Of a DNA stretch of 64,000 bases, positions 1 to 10,134 are shown piece after piece. The notes beneath the pieces are model-generated. The model was given only the letters and a program-made list of their open reading frames with translations, did no database searches and had not been told where the DNA came from. Position numbers and translations under genes: made by a program. Positions within the stretch are counted from its first letter, which is position 1; every line of letters begins with the position of its first letter. The DNA comes from an uncultured Ruminiclostridium sp. (GTDB lineage: Bacteria; Bacillota; Clostridia; Oscillospirales; Ruminococcaceae): contig CANRFO010000008.1 of the NCBI GenBank assembly GCA_947629925.1, positions 14,722-78,721 of the forward strand. Direction: 5' to 3'.

Positions 1-1
1 A

Positions 2-874
2 ATTGACGCGGAGGAATTTGAAAAGGCGTTCAAAGCGGCGTCCTCTGCCGAAAATCCCGACGAAAAGACAAAGCTCATATTAAGCGCAGTAAGCCTTTAT
101 TCAGGCGATTTCCTCTCAAAATCCGCCTATGAATCGTGGGTAGTGCCGCTCAACACATACTACCGCTCGGTGTACAGCAAAGCGGTGCGTATGGCGATAG
201 AGCTGCTCAGCAAGGCGGGCAAGCTCCACGACATCATCGCGATATGCAGCAAGGCTTCGGTCATAATCCCCTATGATGAATTTGTGCATTACAGCCATAT
301 CAAAGCTCTGGCGGAGCTTGGCGACTACGAGAGCGCGCAGAAGCAGTACGATAACGTTACGGCGCTGATGAAGAACAAGTTCGGCATAGCTCCCTCAAAG
401 GAGCTGGTGGAGCTGCATGACACGGCGCTTAAATCCCATATGAACAATCAGGCGTCCATCGAGGAGGTCATCACCGACCTTATGGAGCAGCAGCTGGTAC
501 CGGGGGCATTTTTCTGCGACTATCAGATCTTCAAGCACCTGTTCCAGCTTGAGTTCCGCGACGCGCAGAGAACAGGCGTATGTATAAATATCTGCCTGCT
601 CACGATATGCAACTCCGACGGCGAGCTTCCGCAGCAAAATCCTTTGAGCAAAGCCATGAACAGGCTTCAGGACTGTATCGCCCGCTCCCTCAGAGGCAGT
701 GATATATTCGCCCGTTACAGCATGAACCAGTATGTAATAATGCTGTTCAACACAAATGAACAGACGGGCGAGCTGGTAATGAAGCGTATAGAAAAAGCGT
801 TCAGACGTGAAAATACCAATCAGGGGATCGACCTTAAATATTCCTTCACGACTCCGAGAAACGCGCGCCTATAA
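2..874 (+). CDS. SARP-type transcriptional regulator (BTAD domain plus degenerate GGDEF-like C-terminus), 5'-truncated by the window edge
   Basis: Frame is open from base 2 (IDAEEFEKAF...LYSGDFLSKSAYESWVVPLNTYYRSVY), typical of BTAD; followed by TPR-like helices; C-terminal RGSDIFARYSMNQYVIML aligns with a GGDEF fold but lacks the GGDEF motif. Confidence 0.75.
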   Translation: MDAEEFEKAFKAASSAENPDEKTKLILSAVSLYSGDFLSKSAYESWVVPLNTYYRSVYSKAVRMAIELLSKAGKLHDIIAICSKASVIIPYDEFVHYSHIKALAELGDYESAQKQYDNVTALMKNKFGIAPSKELVELHDTALKSHMNNQASIEEVITDLMEQQLVPGAFFCDYQIFKHLFQLEFRDAQRTGVCINICLLTICNSDGELPQQNPLSKAMNRLQDCIARSLRGSDIFARYSMNQYVIMLFNTNEQTGELVMKRIEKAFRRENTNQGIDLKYSFTTPRNARL

Positions 875-894
875 AATAAAAAATGCGATAAATG

Positions 895-930
895 AAAAAA
901 CACAGGTTTCGGCAGAAAACCTGTGTTTTG
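895..930 (+). terminator. Intrinsic terminator hairpin after the regulator
   Basis: Inverted repeat aaaacacaggttt-cggcag-aaaacctgtgtttt followed by a T-rich tract. Confidence 0.7.
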
Positions 931-1165
931 TTTTTCAGCAGAACGGATAAATTTTTCGGGTTTGTTTTCCACACCGCCGTATTGTGCAGTATGACGATAT
1001 ATCCGCTTTGAATTTACGCACAATATATGGTGCAGAAAAAATTTTCCTTATGCAATATTTGCAAAATTCCGCAGTAAAAAACAAATTTTTTCGTCATATA
1101 TCGCCGCTTGTTTTTGTATATATTGCAAAGAAATCATAAAAAATAAAAAAATTTTTTATGAAATC

Positions 1166-1194
1166 TTGACAGATTGCACAAATCTTGATATAAT
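1166..1194 (+). promoter_or_regulatory. Sigma-A promoter for the ABC cluster
   Basis: TTGACA-17 bp-TATAAT with an extended TG; 9-bp direct repeat aaatcttga at 1161 and 1180 overlaps it. Confidence 0.8.
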
Positions 1195-1259
1195 AAAGTA
1201 AGCCTTGTGAAAGGTTTATGTTTGTTTTGCTTTAAAATCGGGAAAATAAACATAAAAAC

Positions 1260-2000
1260 ATGATTGTTTCAGGTGTACATATGTCTGTTCTTTTGAAAGC
1301 GGAAAACGTTTCAAGACAGTTTATCATAGGCGACGGAAGTACGGTGAACGCCCTTACGGGCATAAATCTGGAGGTGAACAGCGGGCAGCTCGTCTGCCTC
1401 AGAGGACGCTCCGGCTCCGGAAAGACCACGCTGATAAACATTCTCGGCGCGCTGGATAGACCCAGCGGTGGAAACGTTTACTTTGAGGAAAAGGATATAA
1501 CGGGGCTTTCCCCCTCCGAATGCGACAAGCTGAGAAGGTACAAGATGGCGTTCGTGTTCCAGTCGGTGGCGCTCATCTCAACAATGACCGCGTATGAAAA
1601 CGTTGAGTTTGCGCTGAGGCTGGCGGGCGTTCCGCTTTCCGAGCGAAGCGCAAGGGCAAAAGAATGTCTTACGAGAGTGGGACTTGAAAAGCGGATGTAT
1701 CACCGTCCGGGCGAGCTTTCAGGCGGCGAGCAGCAGCGTGTGGCGATTGCCCGCGCAGTTTGCCATAAGCCGAAGATAGTCTTTGCGGACGAACCTACGG
1801 CGGCGCTGGATACGCCTACGGGGCTGGCGGTGCTGAAGCTGTTCAGGGACCTTGTTAAAGACGGCGATCTTACCATAGTGATGACCACTCACGACCCTGC
1901 GATGATGGAGCTTGCCGACGTGGTTTACTCACTGGAGGACGGGGTCATTTCCTCTGCACAGTACAACGACATAGCTTCGGGAGGTGGGACCGATGCCTGA
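1260..2000 (+). CDS. ABC transporter ATP-binding protein, LolD/MacB type
   Basis: Walker [10 protein letters not shown], signature [14 protein letters not shown], Walker B FADEPT, H-loop TTHD; start may be ATG 1281. Confidence 0.9.
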   Translation: MIVSGVHMSVLLKAENVSRQFIIGDGSTVNALTGINLEVNSGQLVCLRGRSGSGKTTLINILGALDRPSGGNVYFEEKDITGLSPSECDKLRRYKMAFVFQSVALISTMTAYENVEFALRLAGVPLSERSARAKECLTRVGLEKRMYHRPGELSGGEQQRVAIARAVCHKPKIVFADEPTAALDTPTGLAVLKLFRDLVKDGDLTIVMTTHDPAMMELADVVYSLEDGVISSAQYNDIASGGGTDA

Positions 2001-2940
2001 AAAAGTGCTTCTGGCGCCCCCTGAGCATGTAATGGTGCGCTGCGAAAACTTAGTGAAGATATACAAGACCGACGAGATAGAGGTCATGGCGCTTCAAGGG
2101 CTTGACCTTACCGTTGAACGGGGCGAGCTCATGGGAATAGTCGGCTCCTCAGGTTCAGGAAAATCCACTTTGCTGAATATGCTCGGCGGACTGGATAAAC
2201 CCTCGGCGGGAACTATATTCGTGAACGGAAAGGATCTTCTGAAGTTCGGCGACAAGGAGCTTATCGCCTACATGAGAGACACGGTGGGCTTTGTGTGGCA
2301 GAATAACGCAAGAAACCTTATCCCGTACCTTACGGCTGTTCAGAACGTTGAGCTTCCGATGCTTCTGAAAGGCGTTCAGAACCGACGAAAACGCGCTGAG
2401 GAACTGTTGGACATGGTGGGGCTTTCCGCAAGGAAAAATTCCCTGCTGGGACAGATGTCGGGCGGTGAACAACAGCGTGTGGCAATAGCAATAGCCCTTT
2501 CAAACAATCCAAGCCTGCTCCTTGCAGACGAACCCACAGGCGCGGTGGACACCAAAACGGCGGCGCTCGTGCTTGACGTGTTCAAGCGGCTGAACCGAGA
2601 GCTTGGCGTCACGATAATAATAGTGACCCACGACGTCAACCTGTCTAAATCCATTGACCGCGTGGTTTCCATAAGGGACGGAAAGACCTCCACCGAAATG
2701 ATACGAAAACGGTCGCTGTCCGATATAGCTTCTCTGGACGATCTGTCCGAAATGAAGGACGAACCCGCAGGAGAAGAGCTGGCAGTGCTTGACCGAGCAG
2801 GCAGACTTCAGCTTCCCAAGGAATACCTTTCCGCGCTGGGCATAAAAGGCGGCGACAAGGTGAAGGTGGAGCTTGAGGACAACGGAATAGTCATAAGGAC
2901 CCGCTCATCAACTGTCCCTCCGCCTGACAGGGCGGAATAG
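1993..2940 (+). CDS. ABC ATPase, LolD/MacB type, with C-terminal AbrB/SpoVT-like swapped-hairpin domain
   Basis: [27 protein letters not shown]; C-terminus LDRAGRLQLPKEYLSALGIKGGDKVKVELEDNGIVIR is AbrB-like; ATG 1993 follows GGAGGT and overlaps the upstream stop. Confidence 0.85.
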   Translation: MPEKVLLAPPEHVMVRCENLVKIYKTDEIEVMALQGLDLTVERGELMGIVGSSGSGKSTLLNMLGGLDKPSAGTIFVNGKDLLKFGDKELIAYMRDTVGFVWQNNARNLIPYLTAVQNVELPMLLKGVQNRRKRAEELLDMVGLSARKNSLLGQMSGGEQQRVAIAIALSNNPSLLLADEPTGAVDTKTAALVLDVFKRLNRELGVTIIIVTHDVNLSKSIDRVVSIRDGKTSTEMIRKRSLSDIASLDDLSEMKDEPAGEELAVLDRAGRLQLPKEYLSALGIKGGDKVKVELEDNGIVIRTRSSTVPPPDRAE

Positions 2941-3016
2941 ATCCCGCAGAATGCGGCACTAAACTTCTCTGATACGACAAGGTCGTTAGATACACAAACC
3001 AAATTCATCAAGAAAG

Positions 3017-5974
3017 GTGGATAATATTTTGGCAAGTCTGAATATCAAGCTGAAAAAATCGCTGGCAGTCCTGCTGGCGGCAAGTATGATCACGGGCATA
3101 CCGCAGTTTCCCGTTTTTGCCGCCGACGACGGAACTGACACCGAACAGGAAGAATCCTCGATAAATCAGGATCTTGTTGTTGGCGTCAACCGCGACGATA
3201 CTTATGCCAATTACCTGAACTCCCATTCAGACGCGGCTCATCCCGATGCCGAGATAACGATAAACGGCGCGGACTTTGTTTCAAAGGAAGCCGACGATTC
3301 GGGCGTTGAACCTGATATAGAGGTCACCGATTTTCAGGGCGAAAGCAACGTTGCCGTCTGGTCCAACCACGGAGGCGTGCTGAACTACGAATTTAACGTG
3401 GCTGAAGAGGGACTTTACAATCTTGAGATGCTGTACTACACCATCGCGGGCAACAACACAGTCATCGAGATCTCCCTCAAGATAGACGGTGAATATCCCT
3501 TCTCTGCGGCAAAGACGTTCACTCTCGACCGTTACTGGAAGGATGAGACCGCCATCTACAAGGACAGCCGCGACAACGACGTACGTCCCGGTCAGACCGA
3601 GTATGACGCATGGGTAACATATCCTATAAAGGATAAGGAAGGTCTGTTCAACGAGCCTTACTTCTTCTGGCTCGAATCAGGAAAGCACACCCTTACCATT
3701 ACAGGTATAAAGTGCAACATCGGCCTTAAATCCATGACCTTTAAAAACTATGATCCCGTGCCTGAATATACAGCTCCTTCCCAGTCGGACATAGACGCTA
3801 CTCCCGCCCTTACAGGCGAGAACGAGATAGGAAGCAGCACCATTTTCCTTCAGGCTGAGAACAACCTTTATAAGACCGCTTCCACCCTGTATGCCACTAC
3901 CGACCGTACCGAGTGCAAGACCAGTCCCTCCCACCCCACCAAGCAGCGCTACAACACAATGGGGCAGGCTACATGGAACAAGTCCACTCAGTCGGTAACA
4001 TGGGAATACAATATTCCCGCTGACGGTTACTACACCTTCAGCTTCAAGGTAAGGCAGAACCAGATGCGCGGCTTCTACGCCAACCGAAGAGTGTATATCG
4101 ACGGCGTTGTTCCCAATACATATTACGACGACGTAATGTTCCCGTACAGCAACAACTGGTACGCTCAGGGAATCGAAGACGCTGACGGGAATCCTGTTTA
4201 CGTTTACCTTACCGCAGGCAAGCACACCATCACGATGGAAGCTATCCCCGGCGACATCGGCGAGGTAATGCAGAGACTTGACGACGTGGTATACGAGCTT
4301 AACTACTATTACAGACGTATACTCATGATAACAGGTCCTGAGCCTGACGAATACACCGACTACTATGTAGATACGGCTATCCCCGAGCTTCTCCCTTCAT
4401 TTGAGAGAATAATAGACAGACTGTATGAAGAAAAAGCCACTATCGAAAAACTGGGTACAGGTTCCGAGGCTTCTACCCTTGAAACCGTTGCGGTAATCCT
4501 TAACCGCTGCCTTGAGGACCCTGACGATATCCCCGAAATAGCTTCCACCCTGAAGGACTACATCGCTTCGCTTTCCGCATGGATGCGCGATTACCGCGAC
4601 CAGCCCCTTGAGATGGACTATATGGAGATCCTGACTTCTCATGAAAGCCCAGCAGTTCCCACAGGCAACTTCTTTGAAAACCTTGTGTTCGGCTTCAACG
4701 CTTTCATAGGCTCCTTCTTTGAGGATTACAACAGCATTTCCGAAAATGCTTCCGAAACCGCGCTGAACGTCTGGGTAGGTCTTGCCCGTGACCAGGCGAT
4801 GGCGATAAAGGAGCAGGTGGACAGTGACTTCAACGTAAATCACCAGGGAGTCACCGCTTCAATAAACCTTGTTGTAGGCGGTATCCTTGAAGCAACGCTG
4901 GCAGGAAAGGGACCTGAGATTGCGCTCTTTATCGGCGGCGACTTCCCGATACAGCTTGCCGCCCGTGACCTGCTGGTCGATCTTACCGAGTTCCCCGATT
5001 ATAAAGACGTCGTTTCCCGCTTCAGTCCCAACATAATGACGCTTTATACATATAATAAAGGCGTTTACGGTCTTCCCGTATCGCAGACGTTCCCGATGAT
5101 GTTCTACAGAACGGATATTCTGGGAGAGCTCAACATAGATGAGCCGCCTGAGACATGGACCGAGCTTATCGACATTATCAACGTGTTCCAGCGTTCTTAC
5201 CTTGACGTAGGTCTGCTTACACCTGCGGCGGTAACTACCACCTCGGTATTCGACGCAGGCGACACCTTCGTAATGCTGATGCTCCAGAGAGGGCTGAACA
5301 TTTACAACGACGACCTTACGAAGACCACATACGATCAGGAAGCAAGCCTTGAAGCTTTTGAAATGTGGACCAACTTCTACAATGTATACGCGCTGGATCA
5401 GACTTACGACGCATTCAGCCGTTTCAGAACAGGCGAGATGCCCATAGTCATACAGCCTTACACCTTCTACAATCAGCTTTCAGTTTCCGCACCTGAGATA
5501 AAGGGTCTGTGGGACTTCACGGTAGTTCCGGGAACTCCTCAGGAGGACGGCACGATAAATCATACCGTAAACTCTTCTTCCGCGGGCGCGCTGATATTTA
5601 CCAAGGTTTCCAATACCAACGCGGCATGGGATTTCATCAAATGGTTCACCTCCACGGAAGTGCAGGTTGAATACGGCAGAACGATAGAAGCTCTTATGGG
5701 CCCGATGGGACGTTTCGATACCGCAAACGTTGAAGCCATTCAGCAGCTTCCCTGGTCCACGTCGGAGATCGGCAAGATAACCGCTCAGATGAGCCAGACC
5801 AACGAGGTTCCTATCATACCCGCTTCCTACGCTACCACCCGTCACACCAAGAACGCGTTCAGAGCGGTGGTAAACGACGGTGATAACGCGAGATACGCTC
5901 TTACGAGCTACAACCGCGACATCAACACCGAGATCGAAAGAAAGAATAAGGAGCTTTCAACGTTCAGCTCTTAA
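3017..5974 (+). CDS. Large extracellular solute-binding protein (carbohydrate ABC type) with N-terminal beta-sandwich/CBM-like modules
   Basis: Signal peptide; repeated G-x-Y-x-L/F...GKHTLTI motifs; C-terminal sugar SBP motifs (YGLPVSQTFPMMFYRTDIL, PETWTEL, AWDFIKWFTS). Confidence 0.85.
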   Translation: MDNILASLNIKLKKSLAVLLAASMITGIPQFPVFAADDGTDTEQEESSINQDLVVGVNRDDTYANYLNSHSDAAHPDAEITINGADFVSKEADDSGVEPDIEVTDFQGESNVAVWSNHGGVLNYEFNVAEEGLYNLEMLYYTIAGNNTVIEISLKIDGEYPFSAAKTFTLDRYWKDETAIYKDSRDNDVRPGQTEYDAWVTYPIKDKEGLFNEPYFFWLESGKHTLTITGIKCNIGLKSMTFKNYDPVPEYTAPSQSDIDATPALTGENEIGSSTIFLQAENNLYKTASTLYATTDRTECKTSPSHPTKQRYNTMGQATWNKSTQSVTWEYNIPADGYYTFSFKVRQNQMRGFYANRRVYIDGVVPNTYYDDVMFPYSNNWYAQGIEDADGNPVYVYLTAGKHTITMEAIPGDIGEVMQRLDDVVYELNYYYRRILMITGPEPDEYTDYYVDTAIPELLPSFERIIDRLYEEKATIEKLGTGSEASTLETVAVILNRCLEDPDDIPEIASTLKDYIASLSAWMRDYRDQPLEMDYMEILTSHESPAVPTGNFFENLVFGFNAFIGSFFEDYNSISENASETALNVWVGLARDQAMAIKEQVDSDFNVNHQGVTASINLVVGGILEATLAGKGPEIALFIGGDFPIQLAARDLLVDLTEFPDYKDVVSRFSPNIMTLYTYNKGVYGLPVSQTFPMMFYRTDILGELNIDEPPETWTELIDIINVFQRSYLDVGLLTPAAVTTTSVFDAGDTFVMLMLQRGLNIYNDDLTKTTYDQEASLEAFEMWTNFYNVYALDQTYDAFSRFRTGEMPIVIQPYTFYNQLSVSAPEIKGLWDFTVVPGTPQEDGTINHTVNSSSAGALIFTKVSNTNAAWDFIKWFTSTEVQVEYGRTIEALMGPMGRFDTANVEAIQQLPWSTSEIGKITAQMSQTNEVPIIPASYATTRHTKNAFRAVVNDGDNARYALTSYNRDINTEIERKNKELSTFSS

Positions 5975-6028
5975 TACGAAAATCCAGAAAATAAAAAGTA
6001 TTCAATACTTTTGTGAGGAGGAATCAGA

Positions 6029-6976
6029 TTGGCAGCGAAAGCAGAAAACGTGAACCAGACACTGCACATCGAAGACAGCAAGTTCAAGTACACGCTTTAC
6101 CAGATGAAGCGCAGTAAGGGACTTTACCTGCTGATGGCGCCGTTCTTCATTCTGTTCGCGATATTTACCTTTGTACCCGTTATCCTGTCTCTGCCTATGG
6201 GCTTTACCAACTTCAACATGGTTCAGTTCCCTCAATGGGTAGGACTTGACAACTTCTACACTTTGTTCCTTGAGGACGAGGTCTTCCTCAAGGCTATCCA
6301 GAACACGCTTATATTCGCTATCGTCACCGGTCCTATCAGCTATATCCTTTGCTTCCTGCTGGCGTGGCTGATAAACGAAATGCCCGGTGCGCTGAAAACG
6401 ATATTTACCTTCGTATTTTACGCCCCCACCCTTGCGGGCAACATCTACACCACATGGCAGCTCATCTTCTCAGGCGATACCTACGGTATCATGAACGCAT
6501 ACCTTATCAAACTGGGTATCCTCAACGGCGCAAGACAGTGGCTCACCGACGCGAACTACATAATGGGCGTCGTTATCGTGGTCCAGCTCTGGATGTCCCT
6601 CGGCGCAGGCTTCCTTGCGCTGAGAGCAGGCTTGCAGGGTATCCCGAGAGACCGTTACGAAGCGGCGGCGGTCGAGGGCGTTAAAAACCGTATGCAGGAG
6701 CTTCTGATGGTAACAGTCCCTGCCATGGGACCGCAAATGCTGTTCGCAGCGGTAATGCAGATAGTTTCTTCCTTCACCGCAGGCGATGTGGGACGTTTCC
6801 TTACATCCTTCCCGTCGACAGACTACGCGGCGCATACGATAATGACACACGCTTATGACTACGGTTCGATCAGATTTGAAATGGGCTACGCTTCGGCGAT
6901 ATGCTTCGTTCTGTTCGCAGTCATGCTCCTTGCAAACTGGGGCATCAAAAAGCTGCTGGGCAGATACCTTGATTAA
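6029..6976 (+). CDS. Carbohydrate ABC transporter permease (MalF/UgpA-like)
   Basis: Multiple TM helices; EAA loop RYEAAAVEGV; WVGLDNF motif; TTG start after GAGGAG. Confidence 0.9.
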   Translation: MAAKAENVNQTLHIEDSKFKYTLYQMKRSKGLYLLMAPFFILFAIFTFVPVILSLPMGFTNFNMVQFPQWVGLDNFYTLFLEDEVFLKAIQNTLIFAIVTGPISYILCFLLAWLINEMPGALKTIFTFVFYAPTLAGNIYTTWQLIFSGDTYGIMNAYLIKLGILNGARQWLTDANYIMGVVIVVQLWMSLGAGFLALRAGLQGIPRDRYEAAAVEGVKNRMQELLMVTVPAMGPQMLFAAVMQIVSSFTAGDVGRFLTSFPSTDYAAHTIMTHAYDYGSIRFEMGYASAICFVLFAVMLLANWGIKKLLGRYLD

Positions 6977-7016
6977 ACCTCTTGAGTCAAACTAATAAAC
7001 TGAAAGGACGGTAGTC

Positions 7017-7880
7017 ATGAAAAGAGCAAGAAAATCCAGAAAAAAGTACGGCGGCTCAAGAGCGGGCGATATAGCGATCTTTGTCCTGCTGTTCCTCGTC
7101 GGACTGTTCATGCTGTTCCCGATTTACCTGTCGGTTGTGCAGTCATTGAAGCCTTCCCAGGAATTGTTCCTGTTCCCGCCTAAACTTTATGTAATGTCCC
7201 CCACGAGCCAGAACTTCACGGACCTGCTGAATACGGCTTCAAACATGTGGGTGCCTTTCTCCAGATACATCTTTAACTCGGTACTCGTTGCGGTAGTAGT
7301 AACGGTAGCTCAGCTCCTGTTTTCGTCCTCTGCGGCGTACGTTCTCGCCAAGGGCGAATTCCCGGGCAAAAAGACGCTGAACAAGGCGATAGAAGTTGCC
7401 CTGCTGTTCACCTCTTCCGTAATGTTCATCATGCAGTACATGGTAATGGCAGTTATGGGTCTTATCGATACATACCTCGCCATCACACTCCCCTACATAG
7501 CAACTCCTATGGGTCTGTTCCTGATGAGGCAGTTCATGGGGCAGATACCCGACGCGATGATAGAAGCCGCAAAGCTTGACGGCGCAGGTCATCTGCGTAT
7601 ATGCTGGCAAATAGTAATGCCGAACGTAAAGCCTGCCATACTCACTCTGATGATATTCGCTTTCCAAGGCGCATGGCAGATAAACGGCTACTCCTTTATA
7701 TACAGCGAAGAGCTTAAGCCTCTCCCCACCGTAATGCAGCAGATCTCCGCTGCAGGTATCGCCCGTGCGGGCGTCGCGGCGGCGGCAGTCGTAATAACAA
7801 TGATCCCTCCTATCGTGGTATTCCTTATCTGCCAGAGCAACGTTATGGAAACCATGGCGCAGAGCGGTCTGAAGGACTAA
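7017..7880 (+). CDS. Carbohydrate ABC transporter permease (MalG/UgpE-like)
   Basis: EAA loop IPDAMIEAAKLDGAG; multiple TM helices. Confidence 0.9.
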   Translation: MKRARKSRKKYGGSRAGDIAIFVLLFLVGLFMLFPIYLSVVQSLKPSQELFLFPPKLYVMSPTSQNFTDLLNTASNMWVPFSRYIFNSVLVAVVVTVAQLLFSSSAAYVLAKGEFPGKKTLNKAIEVALLFTSSVMFIMQYMVMAVMGLIDTYLAITLPYIATPMGLFLMRQFMGQIPDAMIEAAKLDGAGHLRICWQIVMPNVKPAILTLMIFAFQGAWQINGYSFIYSEELKPLPTVMQQISAAGIARAGVAAAAVVITMIPPIVVFLICQSNVMETMAQSGLKD

Positions 7881-7925
7881 TCCGGCAGCTCGCCAAAAAT
7901 CTATTCAAGAAAGGAATGAATATCA

Positions 7926-9452
7926 GTGCCGTTATTCAGAAAAATCGGTGCAGTCACGCTGACTGCGGCGGTGGCGGTAAGCTCACTGGCGTCTGTGGTT
8001 TCGGCAGACGAGGCGTACAGCGGCTATAACTACGACTGGTGGAACGATCCCGTTCCCTCTCAGAACGGCTACGTTGTAGACAGAGTCGTTACAGGCGTGG
8101 ATATGGGCGCAGGCGCTTTCAACGAGCTGAACGACATATTTGTCGATCAGGAGACGGGCAAAATTTATCTGGTGGATACCAACAACCAGAGAATCGTTAT
8201 AACCGATGAAAAAATGGAAACCTCCTCCGTTATGGATACGTTTACTTACAGCGACGAATTTACGGAGGAACAGAGCGTTATCAAAAAGACGACCCTTAAC
8301 AGCCCGAAAGGCATTTTCGTCACACATTACAAGGATAAAACGCTCATTTATATAGCTGACTCAATGAATGAAAGAGTTATCGGCTGCTACGAGGACGGAA
8401 GCATATTCCACGAATATACCAAGCCCTCCAGCGACCTTTACGAGTCGGATATATCCTTCCGCCCCACAAAAGTGGTAGTGGACAACGCTCTTAACGTTTA
8501 CGCAGTAATCCCGTCTATCACAAACGGTATCGTGCAGTTCAGCCAGACAGGAAATTTCAACGGCTACTATGGCGCGAACCGTGTGGAAACTACCGCGGAA
8601 GTTCTCCAGAATGCGTTTTACAGCCTGTTCATGAACCGTGAGCAGATGCGCGCAAGACAGAGAGCCGTAGCGATAGAGATAGCCAACTGCGACATCGACG
8701 ACGAAGGCTTTATCTATACCGTTACATCATCAAAAAGCGCAAACAAGGATATTTTGAAAAAGCTTAACCCCGCAGGCGAGAACATTTACCTGAACATGGG
8801 CTTTGACAATATGCAGTTCGGCGATGTTCCGATGTATTACAACGGAAGCAACTTTGCTTCACAGATAGACGACGTTGACGTTGATGAAAACGGAAACGTA
8901 TTCCTGCTGGACTTCACTAAAAAGAGAATATTCCAGTATTCCGACGAGCTTGACCTTGAGTTCATCTTTGGCGGCGACGGAAACCAGAAGGGACTTTTCA
9001 CTTCTCCCACAGCCATCGAGAACCTGAACAAGAAGGTATATGTTACCGACGGACGTAAAAATACCATAACCGTATTTAAGCTCACCGAGTTCGGCGGCAT
9101 GGTACAGAATGCGATAGAAATGTTCAACCGCGGACTTTATCAGGAAGCCAAGGAACCTTTCGAGGAGATCCTGCTCCGCGACGCTAACTACTGGTTCGCT
9201 TATGTGGGTCTCGGAAACGCTTACTATACTTCGGGCGATCACGAAAACGCCATGAAGTACTTCTACATGAACAGCAAGGGCGGTTACAACCGTGCCTTCA
9301 AGGAATACAGAATGGATATGATCCGTCAGTATTTCAACGTGTTCATGATAGTCGTGCTTATCATCATCGCTGTGGCGATAGTGATCTCAAGTATCAGAAA
9401 ACACAATAAAAAGAAAAAGCTTAAAGCGGCTAACGCCGCGAACGGGAGGTGA
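7926..9452 (+). CDS. Secreted/membrane-anchored NHL-repeat (beta-propeller) protein with TPR and C-terminal TM helix
   Basis: Signal peptide; NHL-like repeats (LNSPKGIFV..IYIADSMNERV, FTSPTAI..VYVTDG); TPR-like YQEAKEPFEEIL...AYVGLGNAYY; C-terminal TM plus basic tail. Confidence 0.75.
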   Translation: MPLFRKIGAVTLTAAVAVSSLASVVSADEAYSGYNYDWWNDPVPSQNGYVVDRVVTGVDMGAGAFNELNDIFVDQETGKIYLVDTNNQRIVITDEKMETSSVMDTFTYSDEFTEEQSVIKKTTLNSPKGIFVTHYKDKTLIYIADSMNERVIGCYEDGSIFHEYTKPSSDLYESDISFRPTKVVVDNALNVYAVIPSITNGIVQFSQTGNFNGYYGANRVETTAEVLQNAFYSLFMNREQMRARQRAVAIEIANCDIDDEGFIYTVTSSKSANKDILKKLNPAGENIYLNMGFDNMQFGDVPMYYNGSNFASQIDDVDVDENGNVFLLDFTKKRIFQYSDELDLEFIFGGDGNQKGLFTSPTAIENLNKKVYVTDGRKNTITVFKLTEFGGMVQNAIEMFNRGLYQEAKEPFEEILLRDANYWFAYVGLGNAYYTSGDHENAMKYFYMNSKGGYNRAFKEYRMDMIRQYFNVFMIVVLIIIAVAIVISSIRKHNKKKKLKAANAANGR

Positions 9453-10096
9453 CGGCAATGCGGTTTGATCTTGATATGCCTGCTTGGAAATGGCCGTTCT
9501 ATGTTGCAAGGCACCCCTTCGAGGGCTTTGAGGACGTAAGATGGAAAAAGGCTTATAACAGCAAGGTGGCGCTGGTCATCGTACTGTGCCTGTTCATCGT
9601 GACCGTTGCCGCTCGTCTTATGACAGGCTTCGTTTTCCAGACAAATTTTGAGAAAGTATTTAATATAGTTCCCCTGTTTTCAAGCTCAGTCCTGATCTTC
9701 TTCATCTGGGTAGTGGGCAACTGGTCGCTTTGTACGCTGTTCAACGGCGAAGGCAAAATGCAGCAGATAATGTGCGTTACAGCGTATGCGCTGGTTCCGT
9801 ACATAATCTCCCAAGTAGTTTACATCTTTGCCAGCAACATTCTGACAAGGCAGGAGGGCGCGATACTGACCTTTATCTCCTATATCGGCATAGTCTGGTC
9901 GGTGGTACTGGTCATATCGGCGATGAAAGCGGTGCATCAGTATTCGATGCCCAAGACGCTGTTGGCGATCCTCTTTACTCTGGTCGCAATGGTCATCATC
10001 GTTCTTGTTCTTATTCTGCTTATCTCTCTGTTCCAGCAGGTGGTAATGTTCGTTTACTCGATATACACCGAGCTGATGTACAGATTCAGTATGTAA
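9449..10096 (+). CDS. Yip1-family membrane protein
   Basis: PFYVARHPFEGF start, about 5 TM helices, GNWSLCTLFNGEG and TAYALVP motifs; 4-bp overlap with the upstream gene. Confidence 0.7.
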   Translation: MTAMRFDLDMPAWKWPFYVARHPFEGFEDVRWKKAYNSKVALVIVLCLFIVTVAARLMTGFVFQTNFEKVFNIVPLFSSSVLIFFIWVVGNWSLCTLFNGEGKMQQIMCVTAYALVPYIISQVVYIFASNILTRQEGAILTFISYIGIVWSVVLVISAMKAVHQYSMPKTLLAILFTLVAMVIIVLVLILLISLFQQVVMFVYSIYTELMYRFSM

Positions 10097-10134
10097 AACC
10101 GCTCAATATCTCATGAAAGGAGATAATCAACACG

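Noticed and set aside
2760-2940. AbrB/MazE antitoxin of a toxin-antitoxin pair
   Set aside because: The module is fused in frame to an ABC ATPase and no toxin gene is adjacent.
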